DNA of 64,000 nt from Firmicutes bacterium UBA2203 (GCA_002327235.1 DCUX01000004.1:93553-157552); one strand, 5' to 3'; counted from the first letter of the stretch, positions 1-9,740 are shown. Notes: generated by a model not told the origin, from the letters alone. Numbers and translations are program-made.

Positions 1-740
1 GTGATAAAATTATTTTTCAGCATGGCTTCCAAGACCTGGTCCCGGCGTTTTATAGCCCTTAAGGGGTACCGAAGGGGGGAATAATTACTTGGTGATTGAG
101 GCAAACCAGCTAGAAGGGTCGTTTCAGCTAAATTTAACTCTTCTGGTTCCTTGGTAAAAAAAGTTTGGGCGGCTGCTTTAATCCCATAGGCTCCTTCGCC
201 AAAATAAATTTCATTTAGGTACCTTTCCAGAATTTCTTTTTTGCTTAGCCGCCGTTCTAGCAAAAGGGCTAAAATTGCTTCTTGAATTTTTCTTTTTAAA
301 GTTCTTTCCGGTAGGGCACCCGAGGGGCTTAAAAAAGAAATTTTAACCAATTGTTGGGTAATAGTACTGGCTCCCTGTTGAATACCCCCACTTTTTAAAT
401 TATACCAAGCTGCCCTGACTATTGCCTGAAAGTCTATTCCGTGGTGTTGGTAAAAACGTTCGTCTTCGACGGCAATAGAGGCTTGTTGCATTTGAAGGGG
501 AATGTCTTTTATTTTTACGGGAAGCCTATTTTTTGTTCCTACGCTGGCAATAAGATTTCCCTCCTGATCGTAAAAAAGAGAAGGGGCATTAAAAGACAAC
601 CAGTTTTCCCGCCAAACAGGAAGGTCTTTAAGGCTTACCACGAATAAACCAAAAGCCGCGCCGGCCCCGACAAAAACCAGAATCATTAAAATAAATGCAA
701 AAGCCCGAAACTTATTTAATTTTCTTTTTTTGGCCACCAT
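1..740 (-). CDS. Class A penicillin-binding protein (PBP1A-type), N-terminal membrane anchor plus GT51 transglycosylase domain; partial, continues beyond window start
   Basis: Own reverse translation from ATG at 740: MVAKKRKLNKFRAFAFILMILVFVGAG..., followed by GT51 motifs AVEDERFYQHHGID, GASTITQQLVK and KRKIQEAILALLLER. Absent from the ORF track because no stop codon lies inside the window. Confidence 0.85.
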   Translation of the reverse strand, partial: MVAKKRKLNKFRAFAFILMILVFVGAGAAFGLFVVSLKDLPVWRENWLSFNAPSLFYDQEGNLIASVGTKNRLPVKIKDIPLQMQQASIAVEDERFYQHHGIDFQAIVRAAWYNLKSGGIQQGASTITQQLVKISFLSPSGALPERTLKRKIQEAILALLLERRLSKKEILERYLNEIYFGEGAYGIKAAAQTFFTKEPEELNLAETTLLAGLPQSPSNYSPLRYPLRAIKRRDQVLEAMLKNNFI

Positions 741-947
741 AACTTTAGGTTTACAATGCTCCTTTTTAGGAATAGGCCAATGGCTAAATAGTTATATTTT
801 TCCTATATTTTGTCCTAAAGATAAATTATTATTATGCAAACTCCTAACCACCAGTTGTCAATTATCTATGGCTTGTATTATAACATTATTACCGGGGGGA
901 ATTGTAGTATTTAAACCCTCTTTTTTTAAGCCAGCCTTTTTTATATT

Positions 948-956
948 TGGTATAAT
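948..956 (+). promoter_or_regulatory. Possible extended -10 promoter (TGgTATAAT) for tyrS
   Basis: TGGTATAAT lies about 50 nt upstream of the tyrS GTG. No convincing -35 element and no T-box motifs in the 265-nt leader. Confidence 0.3.
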
Positions 957-1006
957 AAAAAAGTTGACTAAATAGCCGAAGAAGTCAGGAAAGGAGAACG
1001 CCCCAA

Positions 1007-2233
1007 GTGCATAAAGCGGAGCAGCAATTGGAGATAATTAAAAGAGGGACGGTAGAAATAATCCCGGAAGAAGAACTCCTCCAAAAACTTAAACGGGCGG
1101 AAAATACCGGTAAGCCGTTACGGGTAAAGTTAGGACTGGACCCTACGGCCCCAGATATTCATTTAGGACATACGGTGGTATTACAAAAAATGCGGCAGTT
1201 TCAAGTTTTAGGTCACGAGGCACTCCTTATTTTAGGGGATTTCACCGCCAGAATTGGGGATCCCACCGGAGAAAAAGAAATGCGCCGGCAACTGGGGGAG
1301 GAAGAGGTTAGGGCTAATGCCTTAACTTACGAAAAACAAATTTATAAAATATTAATCCCGGAAAAAACAAAGCTTCTTTTTAATAGCCAGTGGTTAACCC
1401 CCCTAAATTTTGCCCAAGTAATTCAGTTGGCGGCCAAATATACCGTAGCCCGCATGTTGGAGCGGGATGATTTTAACCGGCGGTTTAAAGAAGGTTACCC
1501 TATTGGGGTTCACGAGTTTTTTTATCCTCTTATGCAAGGATATGATTCGGTTGTTTTACGGGCTGACGTGGAACTAGGGGGAACAGACCAAAAGTTTAAC
1601 CTTTTAATGGGGCGAACATTACAAAAAGAGTATGGCCAGGAACCACAGGTTGCCATTATGATGCCTATTTTAGAAGGTTTAGACGGTAGCCAAAAAATGA
1701 GTAAAAGCCTGGGCAACTATATTGGAATTAATGAACCATCTCACGAAATGTATGGAAAAACAATGTCTTTACCTGACCATTTGTTGTTTCGTTATTTTGA
1801 ATTAGCCACCATGCTTTCAATAGAAGAACAGTGCCGCTTAAAGGATGGCCTGATGCAGGGAGTGTTACACCCGCGTGATTTAAAGATGCGGTTGGCCCGG
1901 GAAATTGTTACTATTTATCATGGTAAAGAGGCGGCCTTACAGGCAGAAGAAGGATTTAAAAGGGTTTTCCAGCAAAAGGAGTTACCGGAAGACATTCCTA
2001 ATTTTAACCTTACGCCAGCCATGCTTGATTCCCAGGGGTCTATTTGGTTACCTAGGCTTATACTTTTGGCCGGTCTTGTTTCCAGCACCAGTGAAGCCAG
2101 GCGTTTAATCCAGCAGGGAGGAGTTAAAATAAGCGGGGAAAAAATAACCGACCCGGCTTATAACTTAGTTCCCGTGAACGGCATGGTTATTCAAGCCGGA
2201 AAGCGGAAATATGTCCGGCTAATTTTAAATTAA
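1007..2233 (+). CDS. tyrS: Tyrosine--tRNA ligase
   Basis: Class I signatures HLGH (DIHLGHTVV) and KMSKS ([10 protein letters not shown]). C-terminal S4-like domain ([19 protein letters not shown]). GTG start preceded by GGAAAGGAG. Confidence 0.95.
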   Translation: MHKAEQQLEIIKRGTVEIIPEEELLQKLKRAENTGKPLRVKLGLDPTAPDIHLGHTVVLQKMRQFQVLGHEALLILGDFTARIGDPTGEKEMRRQLGEEEVRANALTYEKQIYKILIPEKTKLLFNSQWLTPLNFAQVIQLAAKYTVARMLERDDFNRRFKEGYPIGVHEFFYPLMQGYDSVVLRADVELGGTDQKFNLLMGRTLQKEYGQEPQVAIMMPILEGLDGSQKMSKSLGNYIGINEPSHEMYGKTMSLPDHLLFRYFELATMLSIEEQCRLKDGLMQGVLHPRDLKMRLAREIVTIYHGKEAALQAEEGFKRVFQQKELPEDIPNFNLTPAMLDSQGSIWLPRLILLAGLVSSTSEARRLIQQGGVKISGEKITDPAYNLVPVNGMVIQAGKRKYVRLILN

Positions 2234-2251
2234 AAATTAATTAAGCATAAA

Positions 2252-2280
2252 GTATATTTTCTTTCTTTCTGGGTACAATA
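2252..2280 (+). promoter_or_regulatory. Possible forespore-type (sigmaF/G-like) promoter upstream of the SleB-like gene
   Basis: GTATA, a 14-nt spacer, then GGGTACAATA. This fits the GGnnAnAHTR -10 pattern reported for sigmaF-type promoters. Pattern match only. Confidence 0.25.
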
Positions 2281-2304
2281 TTAAAAGCCAGAAAGGAGTA
2301 AAAA

Positions 2305-2982
2305 ATGTTTACCAAAATAAGCAGGTTTATCTGCATTATATTGGTAATTTTATCTTTTACCGAGGGGATAGTTACCAAACAAGCGCATGGTTTAGATGAG
2401 GAAAAAACAAAAGAGGATCTAAAAGTAAACGGAATATGTTATGTGGTTAAAGAAGGAGATACTTTAAGCAAAATTGCCCAAGAATGTAAAGTACCTTTAA
2501 ATAAGCTAAGGGAGGTTAACGAACAACAGAGTGATTTAATTTACCCGGGTGAGATTTTGGTACTAGCTGATGAAGAAAAAGATTTATCTACTTTTTTACC
2601 GTCCACCATTTCGCCCGAGGACTTCAGATTACTGGCCAAAATAATTTACGCCGAAGCGCGGGGGGAAAGCTTTTTAGGGCAAGTAGCCGTTGGTGCGGTG
2701 GTCCTTAACCGTGTAAAAAGTGGTCTGTTTCCAGATACTATTCCGGAAGTGATTTGGCAGAAAAATAGTTGCACTTACCAATTTTCACCGGTAGGGGACG
2801 GAACTATAAATTTAGAACCGGATGAAACAGCCTATCAAGCAGCCCTTGAAGCGATAAGGGGGAACGACCCTACTAATGGAGCAATCTTTTTTTATAACCC
2901 TGAAATTGCTACCGATAGGTGGATTCGTACCCTGCCGGTAATTACCAGGATTGGATATCATAATTTTGCCACCAGTTATTGA
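2305..2982 (+). CDS. Secreted LysM-domain cell wall hydrolase of the SleB/CwlJ (Hydrolase_2) family
   Basis: N-terminal signal/TM segment. LysM block YVVKEGDTLSKIAQECKVPLNKLREVNE...IYPGEILVL. SleB-type catalytic block LLAKIIYAEARGESFLGQVAVGAVVLNRV...YQFSP. Confidence 0.85.
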   Translation: MFTKISRFICIILVILSFTEGIVTKQAHGLDEEKTKEDLKVNGICYVVKEGDTLSKIAQECKVPLNKLREVNEQQSDLIYPGEILVLADEEKDLSTFLPSTISPEDFRLLAKIIYAEARGESFLGQVAVGAVVLNRVKSGLFPDTIPEVIWQKNSCTYQFSPVGDGTINLEPDETAYQAALEAIRGNDPTNGAIFFYNPEIATDRWIRTLPVITRIGYHNFATSY

Positions 2983-3039
2983 CAAGGTGAGGGGTAATAT
3001 TTTAAAAATGGTGTAAAAACTCTTTTATTGAGCTTCACT

Positions 3040-3077
3040 CAGACCCTCTTCTTTAAAAGGAGAGGGTCTGAATTTTC
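3040..3077 (+). terminator. Rho-independent terminator between convergent genes
   Basis: Perfect 10-bp stem CAGACCCTCT/AGAGGGTCTG with an 11-nt loop, followed by AATTTT. Confidence 0.7.
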
Positions 3078-3096
3078 GATAATTTCTTATATTCAT

Positions 3097-4002
3097 TTAA
3101 GGATTGATAGGTGGAATTGTAAAATGTTCTTTTGGTAAATGCTCAAGAGTGATTTCTTTTACGTATATGTTAACCGCCTTAACCAGCAAGCCGGTCATTT
3201 CTTCAACTCTATTTATTATCACTTGCTGAAGGGTATGGCTAACCTCAGTCAGGTTATATCCATAAAATAAGGCAGGGAAGAGTTCTATAGTAATGCTGCC
3301 ATCATCGTGGTTAATAATATTTATTTTGCCTACACTTTTAACCTCTTCCCGTAGTTCTTTGAGTTCTTTGGCGGCGTAGCGAACAATATCTTCTAAAGCG
3401 TGCCTTTCAATAGTTAGTTTTCCGTAAAAGGTAAAGGTAGGGCGAACTACTGCTTGTTCCTGCCATTTCTGCTTTACCTGTTTTTCAGTTTTAACCCCCC
3501 TATGTTTAGTGTCTTTATGAAGCAAAAAAACCTTTATGGGGTCAATAATTGTGCCGGGAAAGGCTTTTTTAACTTCCACTACCGGAGCTGGAATAACGTG
3601 CTTACTAAACTGATTCCTTACCTGGCGGGCTTTCCTTATTTCTTTTAAGGAGGCCTCATCTTCAATTTTAATAATTTTTTTAATAGGAAAGGGAAGTGCC
3701 AGTTGCTCTATTATTTTTTCCACCATGCCGACCGAAGTGCCTAAGATAAGTATTTTTTGTGGATTTAGGCTTTGAATGGCAAGCTTGACTTGGCGCGCTT
3801 GCTGGGGATCCATGAATAAAGACGTTCTAATGGCGGCCAGACGGGTAGCTTGCCGTTTTGCCGATAAGCCGGCTAAAATACGGTCGCCCTTGATCAGTAA
3901 TCCATCATCAATAATTAATTCTGCTTCGTATTTGTGAGCCACCTGCAGGGCACGGTGGCTTTTTCCGGTCCCGCTGGAGCCTACCAACGCGTATATATCC
4001 AT
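3097..4002 (-). CDS. P-loop NTPase (HPr-kinase-like Walker A region) fused to an Asp23/Gls24-like C-terminal domain
   Basis: N-terminus YALVGSSGTGKSHRALQVAHKYEAELIIDDGLLI resembles the HprK C-terminal P-loop block. The C-terminal part (TFYGKLTIERHALEDIVRYAAKEL...VKAVNIYVKEI) looks like Asp23 (alkaline shock) family. Confidence 0.7.
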   Translation of the reverse strand: MDIYALVGSSGTGKSHRALQVAHKYEAELIIDDGLLIKGDRILAGLSAKRQATRLAAIRTSLFMDPQQARQVKLAIQSLNPQKILILGTSVGMVEKIIEQLALPFPIKKIIKIEDEASLKEIRKARQVRNQFSKHVIPAPVVEVKKAFPGTIIDPIKVFLLHKDTKHRGVKTEKQVKQKWQEQAVVRPTFTFYGKLTIERHALEDIVRYAAKELKELREEVKSVGKINIINHDDGSITIELFPALFYGYNLTEVSHTLQQVIINRVEEMTGLLVKAVNIYVKEITLEHLPKEHFTIPPINP

Positions 4003-4293
4003 AAAGAACTCCTTAATTATATAAAACCTGTCCGCCGTACCAACTTACCTGTGTTTTTGCAGGACAACAGGCAGGCGGCACAAGCGGGTAATATTCTTAA
4101 ATTACGTCGCGGCAATAATTCTCATTAGTTTAACCGAGAAATACAATTCCTACCTGGTTGCAATATAGGTCATCCCTGGAAAAGTTTACATAACATTAGA
4201 TATTATAGACCATAGTTAATGGTTCCTATAATAAATATTATGTTAACTATTCACTATACCCGTCATTTTATAAATTTTATAATAGGATTTTAT

Positions 4294-4323
4294 GGTAGGG
4301 GCGTATGGCCATACGCCCCTACC
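4294..4323. repeat. 30-nt perfect palindrome GGTAGGGGCGTATGG|CCATACGCCCCTACC (palindrome family, copy 1)
   Basis: Read directly. The same core recurs at 15522-15549. Confidence 0.9.
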
Positions 4324-4407
4324 GGTTATTTTTATGTGCCTTTTATAATAATATTAAAACCCCATCTCATCCCGAACTCTCCACACTATCCACTATACCG
4401 GTTATTT

Positions 4408-5601
4408 TTATGTGCCCTTGTGCCCTTGTGCTTCTTTTATCTGCTGGGCCAATTTGTATCCTTCCTCCAGGCTTAAAGCGCAGTTACGAATTGAGTATTG
4501 GGCGGCGTTAATTTTTGCTTGTTTACATAACTTGTTTCTTAATTCATCCTGTCCCAAAACTAATTTTATTTTGGCCGCAAACTCGGCTATGGTCTCCCTT
4601 TCCCTGTTGAGTTTTGGCGTAATTAAAAACCCGTCTTCCCCATCGGTCACCATCTCTTTGACTCCATAAGCCGACAAGGCAATAATAGGCAAACCGGCGG
4701 CTTTAGCTTCAGGCAATACTAAGCCTTGTGTTTCGGTTACTGAGGCAAAAACAAATAAATCGGCGGAATAGTAACATTCAATAACCTTTTCTTTAGGTAA
4801 CGCTCCTGTAAAAACCAGTTTTGAAGCAATTCCTAACTGCTTAGCAAGGTATTTTAGGTTTTTTTCTTCTGGTCCCCCACCTACTAAAACTAACCTGGTC
4901 GCCGGAAATTCTTCCTGTACTTCTTTATAAACTTGTAAGAGGAAGGGCAAGTTTTTTTCTTGACCTAAACGCCCTACAAACAAAAGAACTTTTTCTTTAG
5001 CCGCAAGATTATAACTTTTCCTTAACCAGGAACCGTTGGCCTTTATTATGGTAAAATCATCCATATTTAGGCCAGTTGGAACTTTTTTTACCGGAACGGT
5101 CACCCCTAACCCCTTTAAATAATTACCAATTTCTGCCGTAGGTACAATTATTAAGTCACATTTATTACAAAAATTACGGCAAAAAAACCGGGTGGTTTTT
5201 TTAGTGATTTTTGGCGCCAAGGGAAAATAATGGACGTACTCTTCATAAAGGGTGTGAAAAGTAAAGATAAGAGGAATGCCGAGTTGTTGGGCGTAATGTG
5301 CGCCTAATTGACCTAACATAAAGGGAGAGTGGACGTGAATTATGTCGGGTTTCCAGCAATGGACAAGTGATTTTGCGCGCCGGGATAAAGGCAACGCAAT
5401 GGTAAAGTCAGGGTTAGTAGGGGCAGGAATGGACTTAAAACGAAATATACTTTCTTCCTTGTCCCGATAATTTGGATAGCTAGGGACAAAAAGATGGATA
5501 TTATGACCTAAAGCGGTTAATTCTTTTTTGAAGGTTTCAAGCGATATTACCACCCCACTAGTGTAAGGACGATAGCTATCCGCAAAGAAAGCAATTTTCA
5601 T
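4408..5601 (-). CDS. GT4-family glycosyltransferase, similar in N-terminus to 1,2-diacylglycerol 3-alpha-glucosyltransferases (glycolipid synthases)
   Basis: MKIAFFADSYRPYTSGVVISLETFKKELTALGHNIHLFVP is a typical GT4/MGS-like start. The C-terminal half carries the GT-B E-x7-E region (ETQGLVLPEAKAAGLPII). The start lies 3 nt after the pfkA stop. Confidence 0.8.
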   Translation of the reverse strand: MKIAFFADSYRPYTSGVVISLETFKKELTALGHNIHLFVPSYPNYRDKEESIFRFKSIPAPTNPDFTIALPLSRRAKSLVHCWKPDIIHVHSPFMLGQLGAHYAQQLGIPLIFTFHTLYEEYVHYFPLAPKITKKTTRFFCRNFCNKCDLIIVPTAEIGNYLKGLGVTVPVKKVPTGLNMDDFTIIKANGSWLRKSYNLAAKEKVLLFVGRLGQEKNLPFLLQVYKEVQEEFPATRLVLVGGGPEEKNLKYLAKQLGIASKLVFTGALPKEKVIECYYSADLFVFASVTETQGLVLPEAKAAGLPIIALSAYGVKEMVTDGEDGFLITPKLNRERETIAEFAAKIKLVLGQDELRNKLCKQAKINAAQYSIRNCALSLEEGYKLAQQIKEAQGHKGT

Positions 5602-5604
5602 TTT

Positions 5605-6702
5605 TTAATCACCCAGACAAACGCCAAGCTGACGGGCAGCTAACAGCAAATCACAATTTAAAGGGATTTGACGTCTGTCTCCGGCAGATTTGGCAAAGGG
5701 GACAGAGGAAATATTATTTCCTTTCAGACAAACCATTTCGCCAAAACACCCCTCCATAACCATATTTACGGCTTTTATCCCGTAGCGGATGGCTAAGATC
5801 CGGTCAAATGCAGTGGGTGAACCACCTCTTTGCAAATGGCCCAACACCGTAACCCGGGTTTCTTTGCCGGTGGATGCTTCTATTTGTTCCCCTACCATGT
5901 TTCCAATGCCCCCTAACCGGATAGGGTCAAAACTATCTTCTACCTTTCTCTTTACCACTATTTCTCCTCCTAGCGGTTTCGCGGCTTCAGCCACCACCAC
6001 AATACTAAATTTTTTACCGTCCTGTTCCCGCTGGTTAACTTTATCTACTACTTTTTTTATATCGTAAGGGATTTCCGGAATTAAAATTACATCCGCCCCT
6101 CCGGCCAGCCCGGCAAAAAGAGCAATCCAGCCGGCGTAACGCCCCATTACTTCCAGAACCATTATCCGGTGGTGCGATTCGGCGGTGGTGTGCAGTTTAT
6201 CTAAAGCCTCAGTGGCCGTAAATAGGGCGGTATCAAAACCAAAGGTTTGGTCGGTATCCTTTAAATCGTTATCAATCGTTTTTGGAACGCCTACCACAGG
6301 GAGTCCCTTTTGGTATAAACCCTTAGCTACGGCCAGGCTGCCGTCTCCCCCAATGACAATTAAAGCACCCACTTCTTGAATAGCTATGTTTTCAAAAACC
6401 CGGTCGGAAATGTCAACATAAACTTTTTTTCCTTCTTTCATTACCGGGTAGTGAAAAGGACTGTCCCGGTTGGTGGTTCCTAAAATTGTTCCTCCCCGCG
6501 GTAAGATGCCCACTACGTCGTCTAAAGTTAATTCCTGGGCCTGGTTTTTAATTAAACCCCCAAACCCATTTAAAAAACCAATTACCCTAAGTTTGTATTC
6601 TCCAATGGCTACTTTTACAATCGCCCGGATAATAGCGTTAAGACCTGGCGCATCACCACCACCCGTAAGCAGACCAATAGTTTTAATTTTTTTTGGCTCC
6701 AT
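5605..6702 (-). CDS. pfkA: ATP-dependent 6-phosphofructokinase
   Basis: Motifs GGGDAPGLNAIIRAIV, IGGDGS, PKTIDNDL and MGRYAGWIA. Confidence 0.9.
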   Translation of the reverse strand: MEPKKIKTIGLLTGGGDAPGLNAIIRAIVKVAIGEYKLRVIGFLNGFGGLIKNQAQELTLDDVVGILPRGGTILGTTNRDSPFHYPVMKEGKKVYVDISDRVFENIAIQEVGALIVIGGDGSLAVAKGLYQKGLPVVGVPKTIDNDLKDTDQTFGFDTALFTATEALDKLHTTAESHHRIMVLEVMGRYAGWIALFAGLAGGADVILIPEIPYDIKKVVDKVNQREQDGKKFSIVVVAEAAKPLGGEIVVKRKVEDSFDPIRLGGIGNMVGEQIEASTGKETRVTVLGHLQRGGSPTAFDRILAIRYGIKAVNMVMEGCFGEMVCLKGNNISSVPFAKSAGDRRQIPLNCDLLLAARQLGVCLGD

Positions 6703-6861
6703 TCGGCATTAAAACCCCCTTTTTTCAATGATACGGTACCCTTTAAATGTTTGTTGAGCACCGTACCTCCTGCTTATCTGACGAAATATATTTAACCTTT
6801 TTATTATTTACTTTTTTACCAACCAAATATTAATTTATTATAAAAAAGGGAAAAAAGCAAC

Positions 6862-9624
6862 CTACTTGGCTTTGTCAGCCATTTCCTGGAGTATAGTTTT
6901 TAGCTGTTTTAATTTTTCCCCGTATCCTGCCCAATTGCCTTCTAGTAAATAAGCTTGGGCTTCGTCATATGTACGGTTGGCCTGTTTGGCCAGGGTAGCT
7001 AGGGTACGCTCTTTTAATTCAGGGATTCCCCCCGGGACCGTGCTGGGGGTAGGCGGCAAAGGACTTAATTTACCTTCTTTGCCAAATATTTGAGCCAAGG
7101 CCAATTCCAGGGTTGGTTCCATAACCACTTTTTCCCCGTGCGTTACAATGACCCGGCGCAGTTCCGGCATTTTGCTTTGTTCAGCCTGTAAATATAGAGG
7201 CTCAACATAAAGCAAGCCGTCTTTAATGGGGATAACCATTAAGTTACCCCTGATTACCTCTGAACCCCGCTGGTCCCATAAGGAAATTTGCTGCGAAATA
7301 AGCGTATCCTGGTTAATGCGGGCTTCTACTTGCATGGGTCCGTAAACCAGTTCTTGTTTGGGAAATTCATAAACCAGCAGCTTTCCGTAATTTTCGCCGT
7401 CCGAGCGGGCGGCTAGCCAGGCAATCATATTTTTTTTATTTTGGGGGGTGAAGGGCATGATTAAAATAAATTCCGGCCTTGCTTCCCCTGGTAACCGGGC
7501 AATAGTATAATAAGGTTCCATGGTTAATTCTTCCCGGCCAAAAAGCTCGGTGGGCAGTTGCCATTTATCCTCTTTATTATAAAAGACCCGGTAGTTTTGC
7601 ATATGGTAGGTGGCGTATTTTTCGGCCTGTACCGTAAATAAATCCACCGGGTAACGCAAATGTTTTTGCAAATCAACCGGCATTTTAACTAAAGGAACGA
7701 ACATTTGCGGGAAGATTTGGCGGTATGTTTTCAGCACCGGATCATTTGGGTCAGCCACGTAAAAAGTTATTTCCCCGGTATAAGCGTCAACCGCTACCTT
7801 AACCGCGTTACGAAGGTAATTAACCCGTCCTTTAAAGGGTTCGGCGTAAGGAAAACGGTCCGAAATTGTGTAAGCGTCCCAAAGCCAGTATAATTTACCG
7901 TTGCTCAGAACAAGATAAGGGTCTTGGTCGTACTCTAAAAAGGGAGCAATTTTTGGAACGCGCTCTTGAATATTCCGGTAAAAAAGGATTTGGCTATCTT
8001 TAGAAATATCAGTAGTTAAAAGGAGCTTATAATCGCTAAAGGAAACGGCAAATAACAGCCGGCGGAGTAAGGAATTTATTTTTACCCCGCTTTTAGCCTG
8101 GTAAGTAGACCAGGCATTTTCTTCTCCCTTAGGGTAATCAAACTCCTCTGTTTTGGTGTTAACCACGATGTAATTATCGGTTTTCTCCCCGAAATAAACC
8201 TCCGGCCGGTTTACGTTTAAGTTAGTAGTGGTAACAGGGGGAATGTCTTTAATAATAAAATACGGCAGCCCTTCGGCCGTAACCTCATTTACCGGGCTCA
8301 TGGTAACACCGTAACCGTGCGTGTATTTAAGGTGCTGGTTGACCCACGTTTTAGCCTTCTCCGCTATTTTTTCCTGGTTTAACTCCCGCGCCGACAGCAT
8401 GACCTGTTGGTAGCGTCCGTTAATCCGGTAACGGTCTACATCTATATCTTTAAACTCATAATATGGACGAATTTCCTGCAGTTGGCTGTATGTTTGCTGC
8501 AGAGGGCGGTAGTCCCACAGGCGGATGTTCTTAATGGTTTCCTGGTTATCCAGGATATCACCGGCCGTTAAAGTTTTACCGGCCGGGAAAAACTTTTTTT
8601 CCATTTTATCTAAACCGTAGGCCAGGCGGGTATACTTAATGCCGTTTTCAATAAAGGGCTTTTCCCGTTCTAGTTCATTGGGTACGACCACAAATTTTTG
8701 CACCAAAGAAGGGTAAATACCGCCAATCACAATAGCCGCGGCCACTAAGAACCCAACGGCATAAAGGATTAATTTAAAACGCCTTAAAAAAAGATTAACC
8801 AAAATAGCCAGAGCCGTAAGGAGGGCAATAAAAAACATTATTTTATAAGCCAAGAGGTTGGCGTGAATATCCGTATAACCAGGGCCGTAAACCACCCCCC
8901 GTTCAGAGTAAAAAATTGAGTACTGTTTGAGTAAATACCCCCAGGCCAAAATGAAGAAGAAAACAGCCGCCAGAATAGAGAGGTGATACCGGAAGGAAGG
9001 TGATTTAAACAGGCTGGTTAGTCGGCCCTGGAGTGTTTTAGCCAAGAGGTAAATAAGAACAACCGCTAGAATAATTAAGAGTACCAGCCAGACTAGCAAT
9101 TTGTATAAATACTGGTAAAAAGGGAGTTGGAAAATATAAAAACCAAGGTCGCGGTGAAAAAAAGGATCTTTAATTCCAAAGGGGCTGGGGTGTAAAAATT
9201 TTTGGATGATCATCCAGTCTCCCGTAACCGCCTGACTAACTAGAAAGGCCATGACTAAACTGACTATAAGATAAGTTAGGTTTAGCCGGCGCGCGTTAAG
9301 AAAACGGCTCCAAAAAGACGGTTTTAATTCAACTACCCCGTCTGCCGTTTGATGTTGGGTAGTGGTCATTTGTAAAACGGCTCTTCGGGTAAATAATAGG
9401 TTAAGAAAAAATAAAATGAAGGTAACTATACCTACGGCCAGGCGTAAACCTATTTCGGAAAGCAAGATGGTAAGGTAAACTTTCTGGTAATTTAAGGAGG
9501 AAAACCAAAGCCAGTCAGTGTATAAATGGGCCCCTCCCTTAAATAAGAGATAAACAAACAGTAAAAGAATAATAACCCCAATGGTAACCCAACGTGAACT
9601 ACGCGTCATTAAATAATCTCCCAA
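6862..9624 (-). CDS. UPF0182 family large polytopic membrane protein
   Basis: 920 aa with an N-terminal multi-TM region. It carries the family-typical YTDWLWFSSLNYQKVY motif and a long soluble C-terminal part. Confidence 0.8.
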   Translation of the reverse strand: MGDYLMTRSSRWVTIGVIILLLFVYLLFKGGAHLYTDWLWFSSLNYQKVYLTILLSEIGLRLAVGIVTFILFFLNLLFTRRAVLQMTTTQHQTADGVVELKPSFWSRFLNARRLNLTYLIVSLVMAFLVSQAVTGDWMIIQKFLHPSPFGIKDPFFHRDLGFYIFQLPFYQYLYKLLVWLVLLIILAVVLIYLLAKTLQGRLTSLFKSPSFRYHLSILAAVFFFILAWGYLLKQYSIFYSERGVVYGPGYTDIHANLLAYKIMFFIALLTALAILVNLFLRRFKLILYAVGFLVAAAIVIGGIYPSLVQKFVVVPNELEREKPFIENGIKYTRLAYGLDKMEKKFFPAGKTLTAGDILDNQETIKNIRLWDYRPLQQTYSQLQEIRPYYEFKDIDVDRYRINGRYQQVMLSARELNQEKIAEKAKTWVNQHLKYTHGYGVTMSPVNEVTAEGLPYFIIKDIPPVTTTNLNVNRPEVYFGEKTDNYIVVNTKTEEFDYPKGEENAWSTYQAKSGVKINSLLRRLLFAVSFSDYKLLLTTDISKDSQILFYRNIQERVPKIAPFLEYDQDPYLVLSNGKLYWLWDAYTISDRFPYAEPFKGRVNYLRNAVKVAVDAYTGEITFYVADPNDPVLKTYRQIFPQMFVPLVKMPVDLQKHLRYPVDLFTVQAEKYATYHMQNYRVFYNKEDKWQLPTELFGREELTMEPYYTIARLPGEARPEFILIMPFTPQNKKNMIAWLAARSDGENYGKLLVYEFPKQELVYGPMQVEARINQDTLISQQISLWDQRGSEVIRGNLMVIPIKDGLLYVEPLYLQAEQSKMPELRRVIVTHGEKVVMEPTLELALAQIFGKEGKLSPLPPTPSTVPGGIPELKERTLATLAKQANRTYDEAQAYLLEGNWAGYGEKLKQLKTILQEMADKAK

Positions 9625-9700
9625 GATTATTAAATTACTAATTACCTATGCCTATAAGGCATAATTGCTAATGAAAATAGATGGCAATTTATTTTTACCC

Positions 9701-9729
9701 TAATTTAATTTAATTTAATTTAATTTATT
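9701..9729. repeat. Pentanucleotide microsatellite (AATTT)x5 plus a partial unit
   Basis: TAATTTAATTTAATTTAATTTAATTTATTA read directly, in the gap between the UPF0182 start and the small zinc-ribbon gene. Confidence 0.9.
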
Positions 9730-9740
9730 AACTAGTTTAC

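Noticed and set aside
441-975. ORFs 441-647 and 730-975 on the plus strand.
   Set aside because: The first is antisense to the clearly coding PBP1A N-terminus. The second spans the promoter gap and is low-complexity with no RBS.
741-1006. Looked for a T-box riboswitch leader upstream of tyrS, which is common in Firmicutes.
   Set aside because: No T-box sequence (AAUUAGGGUGGUACCGCG-like), no specifier-loop/AG-bay/GNUGGA features and no terminator/antiterminator pair could be found in the 265-nt region.
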